Shown piece by piece: positions 25,339 to 32,000 of a DNA stretch of 32,000 nt. Every line of letters begins with the position of its first letter. Positions within the stretch are counted from its first letter, which is position 1. The notes beneath the pieces were generated by a model. It was not told where the DNA came from, did not search any database, and saw nothing but the letters and a program-made list of their open reading frames with translations. A program made the position numbers and the translations under genes. Origin of the DNA: Synechococcus sp. A15-24 (GTDB lineage Bacteria; Cyanobacteriota; Cyanobacteriia; PCC-6307; Cyanobiaceae); assembly GCF_014280195.1 (NCBI RefSeq), contig NZ_CP047960.1, positions 120,001-152,000 of the forward strand, given 5' to 3'.

Positions 25339-26472
25339 ATGGAACGTTACCACGGTCAGGAATTGGGTGAGCGGCCCCATATCGCCGTACTTGGTTCGAG
25401 CAAGATTGGAAATTTTGTCGTAACGGTTCCGCTTTTACAAGCTCTCGCAGAGCGTTTCAATTCTCCTGTCATTGATTTTTGGGGTAGTGAGCTCACGCGA
25501 GACTTTGAGACTGAGTTACCGCAAATTAGTTGGCGTTTTTCTTGGGATCGACCTGATGGAAACCTTTTATCCTCCTTGTCTGAAGCCGCCTCACAGCGTT
25601 TATCAGAAGTTGGCCCTCTTGATTTGCTGATCAACTGCGACGGGTTTAATCCCGTAACTCAAGTCCTTGCTAGCTGGTTGCGCCCTCATTTTGTCGCGGG
25701 TGCATCGCTATCTCTCAACAGCCGTTCGTCTTTTCCATGGGGAGATCATCCTTATCAGCGTTTTCTGAATGATCCCGATTGGGATTCTCCGGCTTTTTTA
25801 GCTCGTTATCCTGACTTCTTTAAGAGCAATTATATCGGCGAGCTGCTTTGTCGTTTGGCCTTTTTGGATATGCCTGATAGTCCTTGCAGCCTCCCATCTC
25901 GTCCTCCAAGCTTTAGCACTCCAGATGTATTAATTCACGTTACAACAACACGAGCGGCGAAGATCTGGCCCGCTGCTCACTGGCAGGAAGTTCTTTCTTG
26001 GTGTAGCAGGCAAGCTATCACTGTCGGGCTTGTCGGTAGTCCCCCGAAGCGTCAACAGGAGGATTACAACGCAGGTGATCTTGAAGATATTCTCCTTTCA
26101 ACCACTGATTTGATCGACCTTCGTGGTCAAACGAGCTTGATTGAGTTGGCAGGTGCGTGCCTTCAAGCCAAAGCTGTCGTCAGTGTTGATGCTGGTCCGA
26201 TGCACATTGCAGCTGCAGTCGGCACGCCAACCCTTGCTGTTGTAGGTAATGATCCATCCGGCCTTGGAGCCAGCCCGATTCGCTTATGGATGCCACGGAG
26301 CTCGAACTGTGAGCGAACTGTTTCAACATTCAGTTGCGACGGCTGTGAAGCCGTCCGCTTCCGCAATGATTCCTGTCTCAAAGAGTCTCACTTCTGCATG
26401 GAGGGCGTCCCTGCAAGCCAGGTCATCACATGGCTTGATCGGTTGCTCCGTACCGCTGAAGTCTCTCGGTAG
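25339..26472 (+). CDS. GT9-family glycosyltransferase (heptosyltransferase-like) with C-terminal Cys/His cluster
   Basis: HIAVLGSSKIGNFVVTVPLLQAL and VVSVDAGPMHIAAAVGTPTLAVVG are GT9 blocks. The C-terminus carries C-x8-C-x2-C-x9-C-x4-H-x-CM (NCERTVSTFSCDGCEAVRFRNDSCLKESHFCMEGV). Confidence 0.8.
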   Translation: MERYHGQELGERPHIAVLGSSKIGNFVVTVPLLQALAERFNSPVIDFWGSELTRDFETELPQISWRFSWDRPDGNLLSSLSEAASQRLSEVGPLDLLINCDGFNPVTQVLASWLRPHFVAGASLSLNSRSSFPWGDHPYQRFLNDPDWDSPAFLARYPDFFKSNYIGELLCRLAFLDMPDSPCSLPSRPPSFSTPDVLIHVTTTRAAKIWPAAHWQEVLSWCSRQAITVGLVGSPPKRQQEDYNAGDLEDILLSTTDLIDLRGQTSLIELAGACLQAKAVVSVDAGPMHIAAAVGTPTLAVVGNDPSGLGASPIRLWMPRSSNCERTVSTFSCDGCEAVRFRNDSCLKESHFCMEGVPASQVITWLDRLLRTAEVSR

Positions 26473-26505
26473 GCTTAGCCCTTAATTCCGGTAGCCGCCG
26501 TCACC

Positions 26506-29310
26506 ATGCTCAAGCTCCTGCTGGGTGATCCCAATGCCCGCAAGCTGAAGCGCTACCAGCCGATCGTCTCCGACATCAATCTGCTGGAAGAGGACATCGC
26601 CCCTTTGTCTGACGACGCGTTACGTGGCAAAACGGCGGATTTCCGGGAACGGCTCACCAGTGCCGGCAGCCTGGAGAACCAACGGCCCATATTGGATGAA
26701 ATTCTGCCGGAGGCCTTTGCAGTCGTCAGGGAAGCCGGCAAACGGGTGCTCGGCATGCGCCACTTCGATGTGCAGCTGATTGGTGGAATGGTGCTCCATG
26801 AGGGCCAGATCGCTGAGATGAAAACTGGTGAAGGTAAAACTCTGGTTGCAACCCTGCCTAGTTATCTCAATGCGCTGACGGGCCGCGGTGTCCATGTGGT
26901 GACGGTGAATGATTACTTGGCTCGTCGCGATGCCGAGTGGATGGGCCAGGTGCACCGTTTCCTGGGTCTTTCCGTTGGTTTGATCCAGCAGGACATGCGT
27001 CCGGAAGAACGGCGCAGAAACTACAGCTGCGATATCACCTATGCCACCAACTCTGAGCTGGGGTTCGACTACCTGCGGGACAACATGGCCGCTGACATCA
27101 GCGAAGTGGTCCAGCGTCCGTTTCAGTACTGCGTGATTGACGAGGTGGATTCGATCCTCATCGATGAAGCGCGGACTCCACTGATCATTTCAGGTCAAGT
27201 GGAGCGTCCCCAGGAGAAGTACCAGCAGGCATCTGAAGTCGTTCAGGCCCTCGAGCGGGCGGCCGAAATGGGGAAGGAGGGCATCGATCCCGAAGGTGAT
27301 TATGAAGTTGATGAGAAACAGCGCAGCTGCACCCTCACCGATGAGGGATTCGCGAAAGCTGAGCAGATGCTCGGTGTTGATGATTTGTTTGATCCTAAGG
27401 ATCCTTGGGCTCACTACATCACCAATGCCCTCAAGGCAAAGGAATTGTTCATCAAGGATGTGAATTACATCGTTCGTGATGGTGAGGCGGTGATTGTTGA
27501 TGAGTTCACCGGTCGGGTCATGCCCGGACGTCGCTGGAGTGATGGGCAGCACCAGGCCATTGAAGCGAAGGAAAGTCTGCCGATCCAACCGGAAACACAG
27601 ACCCTGGCTTCGATCACGTACCAGAACTTCTTCCTGCTCTATCCCCGTTTGGCCGGCATGACCGGCACCGCCAAAACGGAAGAAGTGGAGTTTGAGAAGA
27701 CCTACAAGCTCCAAACCACCATTGTTCCCACCAACCGTGTGAGGGCCCGACAGGACTGGGCTGACCAGGTCTACAAAACTGAGGTGGCCAAGTGGCGAGC
27801 CGTTGCCAACGAGTCCGCTGAGATCCATAAGCAGGGTCGGCCGGTGTTGGTGGGAACCACATCAGTCGAGAAGAGCGAAGTGCTGAGCTCCCTGCTTGCA
27901 GAGCAAGAGATTCCTCACAATCTTCTGAATGCCAAGCCTGAAAATGTTGAACGCGAATCGGAAATTGTGGCCCAGGCTGGCCGTGCTGGGGCGGTCACCA
28001 TCGCAACCAATATGGCTGGTCGAGGCACCGACATCATCCTGGGCGGCAATAGCGATTACATGGCCCGTTTGAAGTTGCGGGAGGTGCTGCTGCCTCGGCT
28101 TGTGAAGCCTGAAGACGGTCATAAACCTCCACTCCCACTCCAGCGCAGCAGTGCTCCTTCTGGTTTCTCTGATGCTCCCCAGATGTCTGCAGGCAGTACC
28201 ACAGAAAGCCTATACCCCTGTCAGCTCACTGACGACTCGGATCAAGTCTTGGCTCAGTTGGCGCGCGATCTCGTGAAGGAATGGGGCGATCGCGCCCTCA
28301 CGGTGATTGAGCTTGAAGAACGAATTGCCACGGCTGCTGAAAAGGCACCAACCGACGATCTGCAGATTCAGTCCCTCAGGGAGGCCATTGCTTGCGTCAA
28401 GGCAGAGTATGACGCCGTTGTCAAACAGGAAGAAGCTCGCGTGCGTGAGGCCGGGGGGCTGCATGTGATCGGCACCGAACGCCACGAATCTCGCCGGGTC
28501 GACAACCAGCTGCGGGGTCGTGCCGGCCGTCAGGGCGATCCTGGCTCAACGCGTTTCTTCCTCTCGCTTGGCGACAACCTGTTGCGCATCTTCGGGGGCG
28601 ATCGGGTGGCTGGTCTGATGAATGCTTTCCGGGTGGAAGAAGACATGCCAATCGAATCCGGCATGCTCACCCGCTCCTTGGAGGGCGCCCAGAAGAAGGT
28701 GGAGACGTACTACTACGACATCCGCAAGCAGGTGTTTGAGTACGACGAGGTGATGAACAACCAGCGTCGCGCTGTCTATTCAGAGCGTCGGAGGGTCCTC
28801 GATGGTCGCGCTCTCAAGAAACAGGTTATTGGTTACGGAGAACGAACGATGAGCGAGATTGTTGAAGCCTATGTCAACCCCGACTTGCCCCCGGAAGAAT
28901 GGGATCTCGAGCAGCTCGTGGGCAAGGTCAAGGAGTTCATCTACCTGCTCGAGGATCTCACGGCGGAGCAAGTGAAGGGTCTTGGTATGGAGGAACTCAA
29001 AGCATTCCTGCAGGAGCAACTGCGTAACGCCTACGACATCAAGGAGGGTCAGGTTGAGCAGCAGCGTCCAGGGCTGATGCGGGAGGCGGAGCGCTTTTTC
29101 ATCCTGCAGCAGATTGATACGCTTTGGCGTGAGCATCTGCAGGCGATGGATGCCCTTCGTGAATCTGTTGGTTTGCGTGGCTATGGCCAGAAAGACCCGC
29201 TGATTGAATACAAAAATGAAGGCTATGATATGTTTCTTGAGATGATGACGAATATGCGCCGCAATGTGATCTATTCGATGTTCATGTTCCAGCCAAACTC
29301 GCCTTCATAG
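26506..29310 (+). CDS. secA: Preprotein translocase ATPase SecA
   Basis: 934-aa [20 protein letters not shown]... N-terminus, Walker [19 protein letters not shown]-like [63 protein letters not shown] is markedly higher than in the flanks. Confidence 0.98.
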   Translation: MLKLLLGDPNARKLKRYQPIVSDINLLEEDIAPLSDDALRGKTADFRERLTSAGSLENQRPILDEILPEAFAVVREAGKRVLGMRHFDVQLIGGMVLHEGQIAEMKTGEGKTLVATLPSYLNALTGRGVHVVTVNDYLARRDAEWMGQVHRFLGLSVGLIQQDMRPEERRRNYSCDITYATNSELGFDYLRDNMAADISEVVQRPFQYCVIDEVDSILIDEARTPLIISGQVERPQEKYQQASEVVQALERAAEMGKEGIDPEGDYEVDEKQRSCTLTDEGFAKAEQMLGVDDLFDPKDPWAHYITNALKAKELFIKDVNYIVRDGEAVIVDEFTGRVMPGRRWSDGQHQAIEAKESLPIQPETQTLASITYQNFFLLYPRLAGMTGTAKTEEVEFEKTYKLQTTIVPTNRVRARQDWADQVYKTEVAKWRAVANESAEIHKQGRPVLVGTTSVEKSEVLSSLLAEQEIPHNLLNAKPENVERESEIVAQAGRAGAVTIATNMAGRGTDIILGGNSDYMARLKLREVLLPRLVKPEDGHKPPLPLQRSSAPSGFSDAPQMSAGSTTESLYPCQLTDDSDQVLAQLARDLVKEWGDRALTVIELEERIATAAEKAPTDDLQIQSLREAIACVKAEYDAVVKQEEARVREAGGLHVIGTERHESRRVDNQLRGRAGRQGDPGSTRFFLSLGDNLLRIFGGDRVAGLMNAFRVEEDMPIESGMLTRSLEGAQKKVETYYYDIRKQVFEYDEVMNNQRRAVYSERRRVLDGRALKKQVIGYGERTMSEIVEAYVNPDLPPEEWDLEQLVGKVKEFIYLLEDLTAEQVKGLGMEELKAFLQEQLRNAYDIKEGQVEQQRPGLMREAERFFILQQIDTLWREHLQAMDALRESVGLRGYGQKDPLIEYKNEGYDMFLEMMTNMRRNVIYSMFMFQPNSPS

Positions 29311-29312
29311 TC

Positions 29313-29999
29313 GTGACGATTGCTTGGCTGGTTATTGGTACAAATCGCTACTTTGATCTAGCACTTGATTGTCTTCGCAGTATTAAGACTAATTACCATG
29401 GATCACAAGAACAAGAATTCATATTGTTCACTGATCAGGTAAAGAAGAACGAATCAGATTGGGTGAAAACGGTTGCCATACCGCATGAACCGTTCCCCAT
29501 GGTTACCTTACATCGATACCGATACTTTAACTCTAACGCTAGTCTTTTGGACCATTTTGACTTTATCTTTTACGTCGATGCCGATATGAAATTTGTCGAT
29601 GTAGGTGATGAAATACTTGGTGAGCGTGTTGTTACTCTTCATCCAGCTTTTGTCCACGAGACTTCAAGCAAATGTACTTTTGATCGAAATCCAGAATGTT
29701 TAGCATATGTTCCAGATTCATATGATGGTCCATATTTCCAAAATTGTTTTCAGGGTGGCAAAGCTATAGAGTTTTTAAAAATGAGTCGCCGCCTTGCTCG
29801 GAGAATCAAACGAGATCTAAAGAACCATGTTATGCCGCTGTGGCACGATGAAAGTCACATGAATTGGTACATGATTCAGAATCCCCCAACTCGCGTTTTG
29901 CATCCAGGTTATGCCTATCCTGACTGGTGGAAGGGCTTTAATTTTCCCAGGAGAATCATCAATGTTAAAAAAGATGCAGTTACACTACGCGATCTCTGA
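29313..29999 (+). CDS. GT6-family glycosyltransferase (ABO / alpha-1,3-Gal(NAc)-transferase-like)
   Basis: GTG start 2 nt after the secA stop. IAWLVIGTNRYFDLALD...EFILFTDQ; FIFYVDADMKF (D89-A-D91, nt 29577-29585); VTLHPAF; PYFQNCFQGG; LWHDESHMNWY (E180, nt 29850-29852). These are the canonical GT6 blocks. Confidence 0.85.
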   Translation: MTIAWLVIGTNRYFDLALDCLRSIKTNYHGSQEQEFILFTDQVKKNESDWVKTVAIPHEPFPMVTLHRYRYFNSNASLLDHFDFIFYVDADMKFVDVGDEILGERVVTLHPAFVHETSSKCTFDRNPECLAYVPDSYDGPYFQNCFQGGKAIEFLKMSRRLARRIKRDLKNHVMPLWHDESHMNWYMIQNPPTRVLHPGYAYPDWWKGFNFPRRIINVKKDAVTLRDL

Positions 30000-31463
30000 A
30001 TCTGCTGGACGTTGGATTAAATGATTCGCCATTCTTGCAATCATCAAATCTTCTGACCCATTTAAAAATCTTTTATGTTGATGCGCTATAGAATAGCCTT
30101 CTCTTGCAACAAGTTTTGACAGCTCCTTGCTAATTACATAGCATTTTCCAGTGTAGAAGCTGGGTATTTGACTTTCAGATTTAAATACTTTTTTTGGATC
30201 GATCGTAGCCTTCTTTTTTTTTGCCCAGGTCTCTATATTCTCGAAGGAAGGACTTTTGATCAGTTGAAATCCGCTGTAGTGATCATTAATTTCAGTTGAA
30301 TGATTGCCCTTGAGCGATGTTTTTAGTTGTGCTGTAATAAATTTCTCAAGTTCTTCTAGATCTAATGGCTGACGACCTTCAAATGCTGGGTCTTGAAAGT
30401 TGCGACGCATGCATGTTATATCGAACTTAATGATTTGAGTGAAATCAAACTCTAAATAGCAGTACTGGATAAATTTCTGAGTCTTTATACTTAAGTTGCC
30501 ATAGTTTTCGTCCGTGTCGATTGTTAAACGCCGTTCTTTTAGCTGTGTTTGATGATTACCCCCTGCCCAGATTTCCATAATTAAGCAGTTTGGATCTTTT
30601 GAAATTGCAGTGTAGAGTTTTGAATCGTAAAAAGTTTCAAGGAACTCTATATCCTTGTCACATCCGTATAAGCCAAAGATCGTTACTGGAGGCTTTTCTT
30701 TTGTTTTGTCCTCCCAATTCCAATAATGTGTGTTTGACTTATTCTTTGTATTCAATTGGCGTTGTTTTCTATGGGAAAGCATCTCTATTCTTGAAGTGTC
30801 TGGTGATAATAAATTTCTTTGGGTTGGTCGAGGCTGGCATTTGATTGATGCCTGTAGTATTGCCATCCTCTCCGCTTCTAAACAATCGATATATTCCCTG
30901 ATTACGATGTCACACTTGCCTAAGTTCACTGATTTATCTCTTCTACTCAATTTTATAAATTTTGTAAAACTTGATGTATATCTGTTAGATCTTGGTGAAA
31001 AGATGCGAATTAATCTGCTTTCCTCAAAATGGTAATAATGGCTCCACTTTCGCTTGGAATTACATTCTGGGAAAATAAATGTACTAGCAAGGAGATTTAT
31101 ATTGTCCATGCTCGTATATGGTGATATGCAGTCCCATAGACTTTTGCCAGCAGTGCGACTATGTATCCATTGTGTTGCTTTCATTTCTATAAAGGTTGAA
31201 TCAGCGTAATGTTCTTTCAGTTGATTCTTTAAGCTTTCGATTTTTAGTTCTGTCTCAGTCGTATCTTTTGTGAATGAGAATAGATCTATGACTCCGTCAC
31301 TTACGAATCTCTCTGCAATCTCAATGGAATTATCTTGTGAGCCTCGATCTACATAAATTACTTCAAGACCTTCCTTGATCCAGGCTGGCATCAGATATTT
31401 CAGTAACACTGCATTGTTTTTGCCGGTAATGATGCCAATAAATTTTGGATGTTTTGAAGCCAT
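29985..31463 (-). CDS. Two-part putative glycosyltransferase (degenerate GT2-like N-terminus; GT31/fringe-like central motif)
   Basis: 492-aa, very AT-rich ORF. The N-terminus FIGIITGKNNAVL...VIYVDRGSQDNSIEIAERF resembles a GT2 nucleotide-binding start. The central block DTDENYGNLSIKTQKFIQYCYLEFDFTQIIKFDITCM resembles the D-x-Y-x-N-L-x-x-K-T...K-x-D-D-D block of galactosyltransferase-type enzymes. The functional call is weak. Confidence 0.6.
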   Translation of the reverse strand: MASKHPKFIGIITGKNNAVLLKYLMPAWIKEGLEVIYVDRGSQDNSIEIAERFVSDGVIDLFSFTKDTTETELKIESLKNQLKEHYADSTFIEMKATQWIHSRTAGKSLWDCISPYTSMDNINLLASTFIFPECNSKRKWSHYYHFEESRLIRIFSPRSNRYTSSFTKFIKLSRRDKSVNLGKCDIVIREYIDCLEAERMAILQASIKCQPRPTQRNLLSPDTSRIEMLSHRKQRQLNTKNKSNTHYWNWEDKTKEKPPVTIFGLYGCDKDIEFLETFYDSKLYTAISKDPNCLIMEIWAGGNHQTQLKERRLTIDTDENYGNLSIKTQKFIQYCYLEFDFTQIIKFDITCMRRNFQDPAFEGRQPLDLEELEKFITAQLKTSLKGNHSTEINDHYSGFQLIKSPSFENIETWAKKKKATIDPKKVFKSESQIPSFYTGKCYVISKELSKLVAREGYSIAHQHKRFLNGSEDLMIARMANHLIQRPADSEIA

Positions 31464-31533
31464 ATGTTGTCGTGAAGCTGCTGTTTAGTGTCTTCGCGTG
31501 TGCTATGTTAATTTTTTATGACTATAAGAGCAA

Positions 31534-32000
31534 GTGCCGGTAGATCGCCAGGCAAAACTGATTTTTGTTCACATTCCCAAAACAGCGGGAACGTCAATTG
31601 AAGTTGCTCTCAATATATTTGGTGATTGGAGGAATGAGAATCTCTTAAATTTGTTTGGCCAGATTAAAAGTCCAAGTCTATTACGAAAAAATTTTTCTAG
31701 TAACTTCCTGCAGCACCTTCAATTGTATGAAATTAAGTACCTCTTGGGTGCTGAATTCGCTGATTATGAAATCTTTACTGTCGTACGTGATCCGTGGACT
31801 CGTTTTCTTTCTTCTTTCCGTCGTAAAGACCCAGATCTATGTACCTATGTTCGTTGGCGCTCTTTGTGCGAATTAGAAGACCTTTCTTTATCTGACTATT
31901 TTAAGATTGCACGTTGGGCGCGTCATCCTCATCTCAACTCGCAAGTCTCCTTCTTTCGACCAACTTCTAATTCATTGTCATTAGGGGATGTTTTGAAAAA
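31534..32000 (+). CDS. Sulfotransferase (Sulfotransfer_2-like), 5' partial, continues past the window end
   Basis: Not in the ORF track because it is truncated. The frame is open from GTG 31534 (stop at 31525-27 upstream) to nt 32000. It translates to ...KLIFVHIPKTAGTSIEVAL... (5'-PSB-like motif) and ...FTVVRDPWTRFLSSF... (3'-PB-like R-D-P-x-x-R-x-x-S). Confidence 0.75.
   Translation, partial: MPVDRQAKLIFVHIPKTAGTSIEVALNIFGDWRNENLLNLFGQIKSPSLLRKNFSSNFLQHLQLYEIKYLLGAEFADYEIFTVVRDPWTRFLSSFRRKDPDLCTYVRWRSLCELEDLSLSDYFKIARWARHPHLNSQVSFFRPTSNSLSLGDVLK

Noticed and set aside
26553-29136. Several long antisense ORFs within secA (for example 27190-27828 -, 28780-29136 -)
   Set aside because: These are typical high-GC shadow ORFs opposite an unambiguous, fully conserved secA frame.
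31655-31876. 73-aa ORF (MARLKVQ...) from the track
   Set aside because: It is out of frame with the motif-bearing sulfotransferase frame (31534 onward) covering the same DNA. Its product is featureless.
4900-32000. Calling the low-GC region a mobile element or integrative island
   Set aside because: No integrase, transposase, tRNA attachment site or flanking direct repeats are visible in the window. Only compositional evidence exists, so it is reported as a mosaic accessory region rather than a mobile element.

Overview
This window looks like a marine picocyanobacterial (Synechococcus-type) chromosome segment. A high-GC housekeeping secA (26506-29310) sits inside lower-GC accessory DNA that switches strand often. 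About 22 genes are supportable.

Main content:
(i) A 1484-aa protein (445-4899) with no Cys, rich in Gly/Ser/Thr/Asp. It is built from about 65 degenerate ~20-aa RTX-like units (G-x-G-x-D-[ST]-[ILF]). It has its own candidate promoter and a clean UUCG-loop terminator.
(ii) A translationally coupled operon (10516-17935): TPR+GT9-like, parvulin-like, cNMP-binding + C39-like ABC exporter, HlyD adaptor, GT32-like. This is a type I secretion system wired to glycosyltransferases.
(iii) 12 clear and 2 weaker glycosyltransferase genes (GT41 x2, GT4 x5, GT9-like x3, GT32-like, GT6) plus a sulfotransferase fragment. No Wzx/Wzy, lipid-carrier priming or sugar-nucleotide genes are in view.

Main hypothesis: a self-contained module that glycosylates a surface protein in the cytoplasm and then exports it by T1SS (SwmA/S-layer-like), possibly gated by a cyclic nucleotide.

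No rRNA, tRNA, CRISPR, transposase or integrase was seen. All family calls rest on by-eye motif recognition in the supplied translations; no search was run.
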